A stretch of DNA of 49,072 bases from Chiloscyllium plagiosum (GCF_004010195.1 NC_057720.1:14842006-14891077), one strand, 5' to 3'; shown: positions 11,777 to 24,539, numbered from the stretch's first letter. Notes: generated from the sequence alone by a model not told the origin. A program made the numbers and translations.

Positions 11777-12349
11777 CTAAGAGTGAGTTAAAGATAAAAA
11801 TAATGGTGAAAGGGTTACCTCAATCATCGGAATTTTTGCCAGGTTTGTTCAATTTGGTTTGAGACCTCTAAAAAAAGCTTTTTGATTTAAATATGATACA
11901 TGGGCATAACTTTGTCTTCATGAAACTGAGCACTAGTTCACAGTCATACATACAACATCGGCAAAGAATTCAAGGCAAATCATTTTATTATTTTTAGTCA
12001 TAAAATGCCACCAATAACCTGATAAAACTGTTACTTCATTACTGCTCCTCTCAATTTTGATCTGACCTAACTTAAATTACTTCACGCTTGTTTTGCAAAT
12101 CCTTCTGTGAGTCTAGACCTCTCATCTCTACCATGCCCACAACCTCTCGGGATACTTGAATTCCTGGAAGACTGGCCTCTTGTGTACTCTCTTGTGTAAT
12201 ACTGGCATGCCGCCATTGGGGTTTTTATTTTACTCTTTGGATGTGGGTGTCACAGGCAAGGCCAGCATTTGTTGCCAATCCCTAATTGCCCTTGAGCTGA
12301 GTCGGCTTGCTTGGCCATTTCAGAGGGCAGTTAAGTGGCAGCATGTAAC

Positions 12350-12555
12350 TGCCGTGATTATAATGAGGTCAGCAACTGGACATCATGGAATATAAGTTCC
12401 CTGATTTGGGCTGTTAGCCTGGCTGATAGACAAAAAGAAGAATACCCAGAGTTATTGTGACAATGAAGAAACAGTACTAGAATAATGAACTCTTCATGTG
12501 TGAATAATATATCCTGCCTTGGTGATGGGACACTGGCCTCCGTGGAGTTTTTCCC
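12350..12555 (+). mobile_element. Solo LTR (degenerate)
   Basis: Starts TG; colinear with the inverted copy at 48397-48629 (ggtcagc...gaata...cctga...ttggtgatggga...gagtt). Confidence 0.65.
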
Positions 12556-12685
12556 GTTACCATGGGGATTGCATCGCATGTTCATCATACTCTTTCCTAG
12601 AAGACATTAATGAACAAATGTGTTTTTAACGACAATCAATAATGGTTTAATGGTCACTATTACTGAGATCAGCTTTAGCTGACTG

Positions 12686-12795
12686 TCTCTTGTGGTACAG
12701 TGGTCGTGCCCCTGTCTCTGAGCTAGTAGGTCTGACTTTAAGTCCCATCTGCTTCAGAGATAAGGCATGAAATGCCTGAACATTTCGATTTAAAA
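12686..12795 (+). mobile_element. Short tRNA-derived SINE (homologues at ~37380-37490 + and ~38575-38663 -)
   Basis: A-box-like tggtacagtgg and B-box-like ggttcaagtcc (clearest in the 37.4 kb copy); three colinear copies. Confidence 0.6.
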
Positions 12796-13089
12796 CTCCT
12801 TTTATTTTTCAGCTGATTAGGCTCTAAACTCTGCAATTATCTTCCTAAATGTCTCCATCATGTTTCCTTCCTTTAAGACATTCTCCACAACTCAACTCTT
12901 TTGTCATCTTCGCTAAATCTCCTTAAATGTTTCAGTGTCATATTTTGTTTCATAATATTCCTGACAGCTGCTTCAGGACTTTAAATGTGCTATTCGAATA
13001 CAAGTTGTGGTTGAATGAGGTCATTTTGATTGATTGTTTGATTTATTGTCATGTCTACCAAAGTACAGTGAAAGGCTTTGTTTACAAGT

Positions 13090-13213
13090 AGGAGAAAGTG
13101 AGGACTGCAGATGCTGGAGATCAGACTGAAAATGTGTTGCTGGAAAAGTGCAGCAGGTCAGGCAGCATCCAAGGAGCAGGAGAATCGACGTTTCGGGCAT
13201 GAGCCCTTCTTCA
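13090..13213 (-). mobile_element. Single-arm PLE pLTR (family A), truncated inside the hammerhead core
   Basis: Reverse complement is tgaagaagggctcatgcccgaaacgtcgattctcc...ctcactttctcct; TSD ttgtttacaagtag. Confidence 0.85.
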
Positions 13214-13715
13214 CTACTTGTTTACAAGTAGTACAAGCAGGTCATAATAAACAGGGATGTACAAATCAAAGATTGTAAAAGAAAACTTGGACACAGGCAT
13301 ACAGGTTATATTGCACGGGTGTGCACTAGGCGAGATCAACATTAACAAGGTTAGCATTATTTGAGGTTACACAGTCCATTCATCAGTCCAATAATGGCTG
13401 GGAAGAAGCTGCTCCTGAACCTGCTGGTGCACACATTCAGGCTTCTGTATCTCTTGCCTGATGGAGGAGGTTGTGGGAGATCATTACCAGGGTGAGAGGG
13501 GTCTTTGACGATGTTCACAGCCTTTCCATGGCAGTGAGCTGTGTAAATGGAGTCCGTGGATGGAAGGTTGGCTTCTGTGATAGTCTGGGCTGTGCAGAAA
13601 CCTTCTATGGTTTCTTACAGCCCTGGGCAGAGCCATTTTGCACTTGAACAGTATGCTTTCAATGGTGTATCTGTAGAAGTTGGTAAGGGTCCATATGGAC
13701 ATGCCAAATTTCCTG

Positions 13716-13851
13716 AAGAAGGTTAAAATCTTTGAGGAGAAAGTGAGGGCTGCAGATGCTGGAGATCAGAGCTGAAAATGTGTTGCTGGAAAAGCGCAGC
13801 AGGTCAGGCAGCATCCAGGGAACAAGAGAATCGACGTTTCGGGCATAAGCC
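13716..13851 (-). mobile_element. PLE pLTR (family A) inserted in Rex1
   Basis: aggagaaagtgagggctgcag...cgtttcgggcataagcc, flanked by atttcctga on both sides. Confidence 0.85.
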
Positions 13852-15016
13852 ATTTCCTGAGCCAACTAAGGAAGAAGAAACATTGTTGTGCCTTCTTGAC
13901 CATCACACCCATGTGGGAAGTCCAGGACAGGTTGTTGGTTATCGTCGCACCTAAGAACTTGATACTCTCCACCCTCTCACCCTCAGTTTCTTTGATGTAG
14001 ATGGGGGGGGGTGTTCTGCTCCTTTCTTTCTGAAGTCAATGATCAGTTCTGTAGTTTTGCCGACGTTAAGAAAGAGGTTGTTCTCACTGCATCACTCACC
14101 AAGCCTTCTAGCTCCCTTCTGTATTTTGGCTCATCATTGTTAGATATCTGTCTCACTACGGTGGTGTTGTCATCGCACTTGTTGATGGCGTTTGTTCGAA
14201 ATCTAGCAACATAGTCGTGTGTGTAGAGGGAGTACAGTAGGAGGCTGCGGACACTTCCTTGGGGGGCTCCAGTGTTGAGTGTTTTTGTGGAGGAGATGCA
14301 GTTACCTATCCTCACAGTTTGTGGCATGTGGGCCAGGAAGCTGAGGATCCAGTTGCAGAGGGTGGACCCAAGACAAAGGTCACAGAGTTTTGAGATCAGT
14401 CTGGAGGGGATAATGGTGTTGAAGGCGGAAGCTGTAGTCAATGAGCAGGAGTCTGATGAAGGTGTCCTTGTTGTCCAGATGTTCCAGGGATGAGTGCAGG
14501 GCTAGGGATACGGTATCCGCTGTAGACCTGTTTCATTGGTACGCAAATTGTAGGGGATTGAGGCAGGCTGGGAGACTGGAGCTGATGTGGACCATGACCA
14601 GCCTCTCAAAACACTTCATGATTATTGAGGTCAGAGCCACTGGGCGGTAGTCATTAAGGCACGTTGCATGTGCTTTCTTAGGGACGGGGGTGATGGTGGT
14701 CTTCTTGAAGCAGGTGGGGACTTCAGCTTGTAGCAGGGAGAGGTTGAAGATGTTGATGAATACCTTCACCAGTTGGTCTGCAGAGGGTCTGAGTGCTCGG
14801 CCAGGTACACCATCTGGACAGGTCGCTTTCCCTGACTCCCAGGAAAACCTACCTGATGTCTGCAGCGGTGATGGAGGGAATAGGTGTGTCTGGGGCTGTT
14901 GGGTCAGGTGTCATCCCGCCACTGGCATTCTGCTTAAACAGAGCATAGGAAGCATTAAGTGCGTTAGGGTGTGATATGTCTTTGTCTGCTATCTTGCTCT
15001 GCTTCATTTTCAACAA

Positions 15017-15336
15017 TTAGATTAGATTAGATTACTTACAGTGTGGAAACAGGCCCTTCGGCCCAACAAGTCCACACCGACCTGCCGAAGTGCAACCCAC
15101 CCATACCCCTACATTTATCCCTTTAACCTAACACTACAGGCAATTTAGCATGGCCAATTCACCTGACCCGCACATCTTTGTGACTGTGGGAGGAAACCGG
15201 AGCACCCGGAGGAAACCCACGCAGACACGGGGAGAATATGCAAACTCCACACAGTCAGTCGCCTGAGTCGGGAATTGAATCCGGGTCTCTGGCGCTGTGA
15301 GGCAGCAGTACTAACCACTATGCCACCGTGCCGCCC
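15017..15336 (-). mobile_element. HE1 SINE, full length, young
   Basis: Reverse complement begins gggcggcacggtggcatagtggttag (A box) and ggattcaattcc (B box); (taatc)n tail; CpGs retained. Confidence 0.95.
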
Positions 15337-15974
15337 TGTATCCTGTAATATTTCTTAGGCCTTGTTATAGGTAGCAGGAGTCTGTTTGATAGGTTTGGGC
15401 CTCTAATTTGGTCCTGTACATCTTCTTGGCAATTTCCCTGTGTCATTGTGAAGGGAATGATGGAACCCAGGCTTATATAATAAGTTAGGTACAAAAGTGC
15501 AAAATGTTCATATGGAAATGGAAATGAACTATTAAATCACAGAAGTAGGAATACCTTTCCCTGTTGCATGGACTTTGACTTTCTTTGAACGAGCTTCATG
15601 TCTACATTCAAAGTATTAGAGCTGAATTAGCTGAAAGCCCTGCTGGATATCTGATCTATCTATCAAATCAACAAACTGATTAAATTAATGGGATGTTGGA
15701 TTTGTTCTCAGAACTTGGTCAGCTGTAACATTTATTGCCGTTTCTTAGATATTTTGAGAAGATGACTGTTGCCCTTCAGCAGGGACTTGTAAGACCACTT
15801 CAGAGGGCATAAAGGGAAGATCACAGCACGTGGTACTCTGTGGTAAGCTCCCTCCCTTTAAAACATTTGTGAACCATTTGGGTGTCTCGTGGTTAGTATC
15901 TTTCTGGTGCAAATTCTCAAATGATCAGGTTTACACTTCCACAATGTACCCTGGTGGGATTTTAAAATTATTTA

Positions 15975-16200
15975 TTTATAACTAGGCCAGCATTTATTGC
16001 CTGTCCCTAATTGCCCAGAGGGTAGTTGAGTCAGCCACATTGCGGTAGGTCTGGAGTCACATGTAGGCCAGACCAGGTAAGGATGGAATTTTCCTTCCCT
16101 AAAGGGCAATACTGAACAAGATCGGTTTTTCCAACAATCGACAGTGGATTTGTGGTCATAATTAGACTCTTAGTTCCAGTTTTTAAAAAAATTCAATTTA
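15975..16200 (-). mobile_element. tRNA-SINE with CR1-like tail (head resumes ~17090-17180), split by a CR1 insertion
   Basis: Reverse complement matches the 25870-26330 copy (gggcaattaggga...aataaatgctggcc). Confidence 0.7.
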
Positions 16201-17090
16201 AACTGATTAGCAAGGTTAGATCTCATGGAATACAGGGAGAACTAGCTATTTGGATACAGAACTGGCTCAAAGGTAGAAGACAGAGGGTGGTGGTGGAGGG
16301 TTGTTTTTCAGACTGGAGGTCTGTGACCAGTGAAGTGCCACAAGGATCGGCGTTGGGTCCTCTACTTTTTGTCATTTACATAAATGATTTGGATGTGAGC
16401 ATAAGAGGTACAGTTAGTAAGTTTACAGATGACACCAACATTGAAAAGGGTTACCTCAGATTACAACAGGATCTTGACCAGATGGGCCCATGGGCTGAGA
16501 AGTGGCAGATGGAGTTTAATTCAGAAAAATGTGAGGTGCTGCATTTTGGGAAACCAATGCAATTCTGGTCTCCTTCCTATTGGAAAGATGTTGTGAAACT
16601 TGAAAGGGTTCAGAAAAGATTTACAAGGATGTTGCCAGAGTTGGAGGATTTGAGCAAGAGGGAGAGGCTGAACAGGCAGGGGCTCTTTTCCCTGGAGCGT
16701 CGGAGGCTGCGGGGTGACCTTATAGAAGTTTACAAAATTATGAGGGGCATGGATAGGATAAATAGACAAAGTCTTTTCCCTGGGGTCGGGGAGTCCTGAA
16801 CTAGCGGGCATAGGTTTAGGGTGAAAGGGGAAAGATATAAAAGAGACCTAATGGGCAACTTTTTCACGCGGAGGGTGGTATGTGTATGGAATAAACTGCC
16901 AGAGGATGTGGTGGAGGCTGGTACAATTGCAACATTTAAGAGGCATTTGGATGGGTATATGAATAGGAAGGGTTTGGAGGGAGATGGCCCGGGTGCTGGC
17001 AGGTGGGACTAGATTGGGTTGGGATATCTGGTCGGCATGGACGGGTTAGACCGAAGGGTCTGTTTCCATGCTGTACATCTCTAGGACTAT
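16200..17090 (+). mobile_element. HER1/CR1 LINE 3' part with in-frame internal deletions
   Basis: WIQNWLKGRRQRVVV...VPQGSALGPLLFVIYINDL...SKFTDDT...WQMEFN...LERVQKRFTRMLP...FSLERRRLRGDLIEVYKI. Confidence 0.95.
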
Positions 17091-17389
17091 CTGCTGTGGT
17101 GGGATTTGAACCTAAGCCTCGAGAACATTACCTAGTTCTCTGGATTAACAGGCCGGCTATAGTACCATCGCATTCCCATTTTGTAGAGATTTCAGCTCAT
17201 GAACCTTGTGTTGTTAACTCATTATCAAAACTAAAACATGACTGCATCAGCATATTTTCTGCCTTTAAGGCTTTTCTTGTTGTCTGCCAGTTAGATTGCA
17301 ATCACAATCACCTGAAATTGGGAACCAGAGTACAGCCAACAAATCTTGTATTTAAACCAGTCTATGGCAATCCTTGGAAGTAAGTGAAG

Positions 17390-18259
17390 ATGCCCAGGGA
17401 AGACAGAGAAATGTGCAAGTCCAACTATTTTTTGTAAATCATTAAAATTTTTGGATGACTCTCCAAAATGTTACATTGGTGGTGCAGACAATATTGGTTC
17501 CAATTAGATGCAGCATTTCCGGATATAGTGCCGATATAAAGCAATTATATTGATGGATAAGAATACAAGATTGTCAAGGCCATCCAATACCTCCTGGAGA
17601 ACAGTCCTGCTCTGAAAAAGCATTTGCCACATATCCATGGAAATGTCCACTTAATCTTTACCAATGAAATTTGAGTGAAGTCCATGACCAGCTGCTGCCT
17701 AGCAGAGTACCAGCTGATGCTCGTTCTGGTGCAATTGTCCTTGTGAGGTTACTGTGCCAAGTCAAAACATAGGGTTAGGTCCCTCAAAGACCACGTTCTC
17801 TAAGGCTTTGGGCATCAACACAAAGATCTCCATAGGTACGATAGAAATCAAGGTCAGTGACAAGGTGGGAGCCAGTGAAATCGGCTGGTGAACATCTCTC
17901 CCTTCCCCTATGGCTTGCAGGTTTGTGACAGTGACAGTGTGTACAACCCTGAGGTACTGGATATCACTGAAGAAGCTGCAGAAATGTTTCCCCACTGGGG
18001 TTTGCAAGGTGACCAGTGTGTGCTTGCAGATTGGTTATCCAACATTCCCTCTGTACTGCACTCCAACATCAACAGCTACATGAGGGTGCTGGCTATCCCT
18101 GTGAAGATAGACTGCTCTTTCCCATTAGTTGAAAGAAGCTGATCTATCAGTTCCTGTGGCCCCTGCGATTGAGGCTGCTCCAGCTGCTGCCAAAGGGCAA
18201 GTAAAGGAGTAAAGAAGGAAAAGTAAGGAATCAGATGGTATGGGCTTTGTTTTGATTGA
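17390..18259 (+). pseudogene. RPLP0: Processed pseudogene of 60S acidic ribosomal protein P0 (uL10)
   Basis: Intronless, decayed match along the whole protein: [98 protein letters not shown]. Multiple stops, frameshifts and deletions; A-tract at ~18307. Confidence 0.95.
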
Positions 18260-18569
18260 AATTCAACTGGTCCTGTCTTTCCAAAAGAAAGGAATTTATC
18301 ATTAGCAAAAAAAAACCAAACTTAACTGCAGACTGCTCATTAAGCACTTTGCACAATAACTCACATTGAATGTCAATTATGCATAGATCTGAGATAGAAG
18401 AAGTAAGGAATCAGATGGTATGGGCTTTGTTTTGATTGAAATTCAACTGGTCCTGTCTTTCCAAAAGAAAGGAATTTATCATTAGCAAAAAAAAACCAAA
18501 CTTAACTACAGACTGCTCATTAAGCACTTTGCACAATAACTCACATTGAATTATGCATAGATCTGAGAT
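18221..18569. repeat. ~180-bp tandem duplication of the RPLP0 retrocopy 3' end, poly-A and flank
   Basis: aagtaaggaatcagatgg...gcatagatctgagat at 18221 and 18401; the copies differ by a substitution and small indels. Confidence 0.93.
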
Positions 18570-18744
18570 CTAAAATATTAAACTCCAGAAATCTTCACAA
18601 GCATCTAAAGATTATTTGTTCCACCAATATGCTCTTTTTTTAACATTTGGAAAGCCTGGGTTCTCAATGTCAGTTCTAAAGCATGTACAAAAAAAGCTTA
18701 AAACTTATTAAATTTTGGCTTCCAAGTTGGCTATGCGATGACTC

Positions 18745-18978
18745 TGATTTGATTTGATTTGATTTGATTTATTATTGTCATGTACCGAGATACAGTGAAA
18801 AGTATTGTTTTGTGTGCTATCCTGACAAATCATATTTTACATATCAGGGTATTGTGAACAGAATGGAGAACGTAGTGTTACAGCTACAAGAAAGGTGCAG
18901 AGAAAGATCAATTCTAATGTTTGAGAGGTCCATTCAGAAGTCTGATAACAGCAGGGAAGAAGCTGTTCTTGAATCTGT
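18745..18978 (-). mobile_element. Rex1/Babar 3' end
   Basis: (gattt)n tail plus tacagtgaaaag...gggaagaagctgttcttgaa (reverse complement FKNSFFP). Confidence 0.8.
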
Positions 18979-19914
18979 TACAGCTATTTGATCGGACGAC
19001 CTCTTAGCATTCCAATAACAGACATTAATCTAATGAAACTACAGTTATTTGTTTTCAGTCTCCTTGACTTTTTGGATTGATCTGTTCCATTAGCTTCCAT
19101 TTCAATCCTCCAGCACTTTTCCAGAAGCTAAGCATTCTTGGAGGGCTACTGCCAATATATCCACTCGGTATGTATCTACTTTCTTTAAATCAAGGATTCA
19201 ATCCACCAGGGTCTAGGAGACCTATTGGTCTTTAGCTCTATTAGTTTCTCTAACACTTTTTCCCCCAGTGAATAGGCAGAAAGTAAATTATTATTAAATC
19301 AGATTAAACACATACAATTCAAGATTATAAACTTAATCAGGGCTTATGTTAAGGGTCAGAACCTTCTAAAGCAAAGTCTTAAAGAAAATTCTGTTTAGAT
19401 CATTGCTTTTAAACTGAGTACTCTGAGTAAGGAGAGGGACTGGGGCTTGTTGGAACCTCCAGATTTCAGTGCAGCAATCAGATGTTAGTGTCTTCCTACA
19501 ACTCCTAATTTCCGTTGCTGATATAGTACATTCTCTCCAACAATAGAACAGCTTTTGTTTGGAAGGTAGGAAACTTTTAGAGTGTATCAATATTTGCAAA
19601 GTTCGGGATTACAACATAACATTTCTTGTTTGCACTCTTAGATAATGTTGAATGTCAAACAGGTGAAGGACATGATTTTGTGTCAATAAAGCACATTGTT
19701 ATAAATAAACTTTGGTATTTAATCAATGCACTTTGTATTTTACAAGAAAGGATTTCAACTGGTCGATCTCTGGATAAAGTTATTTAATGTGGAGAGTGTA
19801 AAATATCTGGAGATGTAGCCATTTTGCATTCGATCAATGCCACTATTGATTCAACAGCTGAAGGTAATCAGAGTTAATTCCTACATTGATTATCACCCAC
19901 TATGTAAAGTAAAC

Positions 19915-20150
19915 AAGAGCATTTCCCACTTGCTGGGTGAGTGTTGCAGCTCCAACAACACTAAAGGAACTTTGCACCATCCAGGATAAAGCAGCCCACT
20001 TGGTTGGCACCACAAACACAACCATTCACTCCCTCCACCACCAATGTGTTCAGCAGCAGCAGTGTGTACCATCTACAAGATGCACTGCAGAAATTCATCA
20101 AGGCTTCTTCCAAACCCACAACAACTTCCACCCAGAAGGACAAGGACTGT
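19915..20150 (+). mobile_element. CR1-group LINE 3' fragment (second family; also ~26340-26880 and ~28705-28830)
   Basis: SVAAPTTLKELCTIQDKAAHLVGT...IHSLHH; homologous segment at 26.4 kb. Confidence 0.7.
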
Positions 20151-20580
20151 AGCTATAATATTGCTAACAATCTGGTATTTTTAAAATTTTCTTAAGTACA
20201 TTTGCTCTGGGTCAGGTTTGATTTCAATCAGTGTGTGGATCGCAAATACGAAATATTTGTATTTTTCAGATGCAACTCATAATGCGAGGCATATGAAAAA
20301 TCAATGAGTTTTCTGGCGAAAAATCAACAGATGATTTTAACACAAGATTTGTCATTAACTGACTATACACAGTACTCAGTGGATCTACGCCTTTGGAAAT
20401 GGAAGTCGGGATTTAATGCAGACTATCCATAAAGGAACTGTGGTGCCCAGGAACATCTAGCTGTAGGAGAGGCCCATGCCAGTCTCTCAGCACTTACAAT
20501 GCTCTGATTAAATCAGAGTGGAAGAGATTGTTTCAGTTGGTGGGAACAATTCATGAAACAATTGACAACCATTATTCCTG

Positions 20581-20702
20581 AGGCAAAAGTGAGGACTGCA
20601 GATGCAGATTCCCGATGAAGGGCTTTTGCCCAAAATGTTGATTTTCCTGCTCCTCGGATGCTGCCTGACCTGCTGTGCTTTTCCAGCACCACTCTAATCT
20701 TG
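20581..20702. mobile_element. Mini fold-back pLTR with variant hammerhead (CCGAUGA)
   Basis: 16-bp TSD aaccattattcctgag; inverted terminal stub followed by gattcccgatgaagggcttttgcccaaaatgttgattttcc. Confidence 0.8.
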
Positions 20703-22466
20703 AACCATTATTCCTGAGCCCACCGCAATTCAGTGGTGACACGATGATTAAATGAGAGATGCAGTTTTCCTGTGCCCTCAGAAGGTCATCTAGCAACTCT
20801 GTTGGCCATGATCTTTGCGGGGGTGGGGGGGGGGGGGAGTGTTCTTTACTGTGAGGCACTCAGTGTCTGACTGAGAAATTCACTTTCACCAACCACCCCT
20901 CCCCCCAAACTTCTGATCCTTGACTCCTCTCCCCTCATCTTAAGTGTTCCCTGAACTTGTGATCCTCATCCTTTGGGCATGGTCCCTTGATAACACCGGA
21001 CTCCAGTGGGTGCAGTGCTGGAGTCTGCCACCACTGCCAATGGTGTTGGGCCATGATGTGGAGGTGCTGGGAAAATCCCCATCTGATTCATTATTGCTCT
21101 TTAAGGAAGGAAACTGTTGTCCTTACCTAGTCTGGCTAACGTGATTGATTCTGAACTGCCCTCTGGGGCAATTAGGGATGGGCATTAGATGCTGGCCGAG
21201 CCAGCAACGCCCATATCCTGTGAATGAATAAAGAATAAATGGTAACAAAGGGCAACTAAAATGCAAAAGTATATACAGGTATCAGGAGAGAGTTTTGGGG
21301 AAATTGGAAGACCTCCATTTCGAAAATGAGAACATCTGGACCTTCCTCTCTGTGCTGCACCCTTTTATATTTAAATGAACTGCCAAATCTGCATTATATC
21401 CTTTCTAATACATAGTCCTGTAAAATCAATAATGTGTGTTAATGCTAATGCCTCAGTCAAAATACTTGTACAAATGTTATAATTTACTAATGAAAATAAT
21501 ATTTGTACCTCACTACTGTAAATACAATCATCACTTCCAGGCTCCAACCTTGTTTTCATTTGAACCTCATAAGTGACGAGGAGGATCGCTGGTCTCTAAC
21601 TATTCTGCATATTCCTGCATTACCTTACACCTGAACAGTTTCAGAATTCTGAGCTTAACTTGGGGTAATCATTAACAACTGAATTGGTTAACAAACTTGA
21701 GTAATCTTGAGAAGTCAATATAGGCATGGAGTCTCATTGTCTTCCACAGGGTGTATCTTGTCAGACAATGATATAAAGATTAATATGCTGTTCTCACACT
21801 AATACAGTCATTAGTGATTAGCCACATGGAGCCTGATACTATCAGTCAGTGCTGATGTTACCAGCATTGTTAAGACAATCCATCCTATCTGTACTTTAGC
21901 TTTGAACCGTATGCTCTGCATTTCAGATGAACTGGATAGATCAAAATAATATTTTCTGGATTTGCTCAATCTTCGGTAAAAGAGTTACAAGGATAGCATC
22001 TTTTCTTTTTAAAACAAAAAATGTTTGGGATTCTGGCAAAAGCATGTCCATAATAAGCCCAGGGAAGTGATGGTAGACCTTCGTTTTGAGTTCTTGCAGT
22101 CCATGTGATGATGCTGTCCCCTTGGATGGATTAGGTAAGGGATCCTTTCACTTCTTTCTTGACATTGAGGCTGGCCTGTTGTGTTTTAAAGTGATTCCAC
22201 CCGTAAACGTCTTAAGGAATAATATCTAAATGGATCACTTCACCTTGATTCAGATACTGAGAATCAACGTACCTTTTCGCCACGATGGAAGGGGAATCTA
22301 ATGTTTGAGATGGCCAATGACATAGATTAGGAAGGCTATGAGGTTGAGCGTTTAAAGGTGAGATGGACTAGGAGGCAATACAATAGCTTCAAGTACCAAA
22401 GTGGGTGTGCATGGGATATACAATGTGTCAGCCGGATTAATGGTGCAATATAAGGGCCATGATGAG

Positions 22467-22590
22467 GAGGTGCCGGTGTTGGACTGGAGTGGAAAAGTTC
22501 AGAAGTCATACAACGCCAGGTTATAGTCCAACATGTTTATTTGAAAACACAAGCTTTCGGAGCACTGTTCCTTCATTGGGTGAAGTGACT
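22467..22590 (-). mobile_element. PLE pLTR (family C), single arm
   Basis: Reverse complement matches 25727-25850 (...ccgaaagct...gttggactataacctgg...ccagtccaacacc). Confidence 0.75.
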
Positions 22591-22689
22591 TACTGTTACT
22601 TGCAGTATTGTGGCAAGATTAACCTACAGTAAGATGTTTCTTAAAGAAAATGAATATTTTAACTGCGTTAGCAGACCCTGTAAATACTC

Positions 22690-23140
22690 CTTAGTGGCAC
22701 AAGGAGACAAGAATATGATAAGGAGTAACACACTTAACTCTGAATTAGTGATTGTGGGTTCAAATTCCAATCCAGAAACTCGAACTCGTAATTTCAGGTG
22801 ATATTTCAGTTCAGCAAGTGGAGCAATGTTGCAAGTGATACGTTTCTGATGAGCCATCAATATGAGGTCCATTTCCCTTCTCAAGGTGGTGTAAATTAGC
22901 CTGTGGAACAATTTTAAAGGAGAAAAAGGCAGTTCTCCTGGTATCCTGAATTTATCCCTTAACAAACATCACTTTAATAAAAGGAATGCTTACCCTACCA
23001 TAATCTAGTTAGCTGATTGTGTGAGCTTGCTGTGTACAAGCAGGCTGTTGTTTTTTCCACATGACAACAGTAACTGTAGTTCAAATGTGCCTCATTGGCT
23101 GTAAAACATCTTGAGATCTTCAAAGACAGCTTGTAAATGT
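22690..23140 (+). mobile_element. DeuSINE (SacSINE1-like), near full length
   Basis: tRNA-like head (gtgggttcaaattcc), Deu-domain (gatgag...gaggtcc...ggtgg.gtaaa...gttctcctggtatcctg...tttatccct), L2-like tail acaacagtaac...cattggctgtaaa. Confidence 0.75.
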
Positions 23141-23569
23141 GTGTCATACTAAATATGGACAGTATATTGCATCTGAAAACTATTGTTTACATCTAAATCT
23201 TATGGCAGGGTAGAACTGTTGCTTTAGGCACAAGAGGGGATTGCATTGGTTCCTATTGGGAATATATTCTCCCTGCACTGATTTTCTGAACAAATACATT
23301 TGTAAATTGGAGATTGTAATATTATCAGCCTTTATAAATATTCCTTAGCAAATATTTAAGATTGGTAAAGATTGATTAGTGCAGTTGCAATTGATTCTTC
23401 ATAAAATATATGCATTTTAATGATGGTGTCAATCCTCTGAGCTTTTGAATTACTGAAAGTGCTTCTTTTTAGAAAAAAGACTTACTACATAAGCAAAATA
23501 CTGCAGATGCTGGAAATCCATAATCAGTAACGAAGGCAGGAAATGTAGGAAATAGTCAACAACTCATCA

Positions 23570-23842
23570 TATGGTGCTCAGCGGCTAGCACTGTTGTCTC
23601 ACAGTGTCAGGGACCTGGCTTCAATTCTACCATCAGGTGACTGTGTGGCATTTGCTTATTCTCCCTGTGTCTGTGAGGATTTCCTCTGGGTGCTCCAGTT
23701 TCCTCCCACAGTCTAAAGATGTGTAGATTAGGTGGATTAGCCATGGGAATTAAGGGGTGGGTCTGGGTGGGCTGTTCTATGGTGAGTTGCTGTGGACTGG
23801 ATGGGCTGAATGGCCTACTTCCATGCTGTAGGGATTCTAGGA
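23570..23842 (+). mobile_element. HE1 SINE inserted in an older pLTR arm (~23490-23875)
   Basis: ctcagcggctagcactgttgtctcacagtgtcagggacc head and V-domain. Confidence 0.85.
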
Positions 23843-24019
23843 TCTCAGACAGCATCTGTGGAGAGGGAATATACAAAGATACAAGTTAGGGGCGGGTATT
23901 GGCCTTTGTTGCTGCCTGACCTGCTGTGCTTTTCCAGCACCACTCTAATCTAGACTTTGGCCCTTCAAATCTACTCTGACATTCAATGAGATCATAGCTG
24001 ATCTGATTTTAACATGATC

Positions 24020-24240
24020 TCTATATGATGAGAGTCTGTTCAGTTTTCAGACCCTCTTGTTGCCTCAATGTATGTCAATACTGTTCTGCATGAGTCTGAA
24101 ATGCCTTTAGTTTATGCAATGGTAGGGAATGTCAAGTTCCAATATTCTCCTTGATACTCAAAAACTGTACAGAAATGCTTTGGTACCTGTTTGTCAATAA
24201 AGACTATTTTTTATGATTAAAGTATATTTTTGTAATAAAA
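24020..24240 (+). mobile_element. Tx1 3'UTR fragment
   Basis: Ends ttatgattaaagtatatttttgtaataaaa, near-identical to 471-500. Confidence 0.6.
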
Positions 24241-24539
24241 TACTTCTCCACATTCCTACCTACCATCCTCCCCTCATAACCTTTTATGTCTTTGTTTAAG
24301 AGAATTTATTATCCGTGCCTTAAAAAATATTCAGACTTTGCTTTCACTGCCTTTTCAAGAAAAGAATTTCAAGACCCTCTGTAAGAAAAAAGGTCAGAGA
24401 ACGACTTAAATGAACAACTCCTTAATTTTAAACAATGACCTGGAGAGTATTGTGGTTAACTTAGAACAGTAATCCCAAGAGATCTAACTTTCCAGTAAAT
24501 TGTAATTGAGGCAACTGAATAAATAAATGGTAAATACAG

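Larger units (their letters stand above)
13025..14990 (-). mobile_element. Rex1/Babar LINE, 5'-truncated and disrupted
   Basis: [26 protein letters not shown]...[21 protein letters not shown]...PLQFAY; TGAPQG; (attg)n tail at ~13025. Confidence 0.92.

Noticed and set aside
12358..12597. 76-aa ORF and a possible 36-nt exon in phase with the 11.5 kb exon
   Set aside because: Lies on and next to a solo LTR and SINE remnant; the donor is weak.
15260..15336. tRNA gene
   Set aside because: It is the tRNA-derived head of HE1, continuous with the SINE body; the same applies to the other A/B-box hits.
20270..20530. Plus-strand exon candidate after tttgtatttttcag
   Set aside because: All three frames close within the segment; no recognisable peptide.
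20819..20838. G-run or G-quadruplex
   Set aside because: Simple homopolymer with no supporting context.
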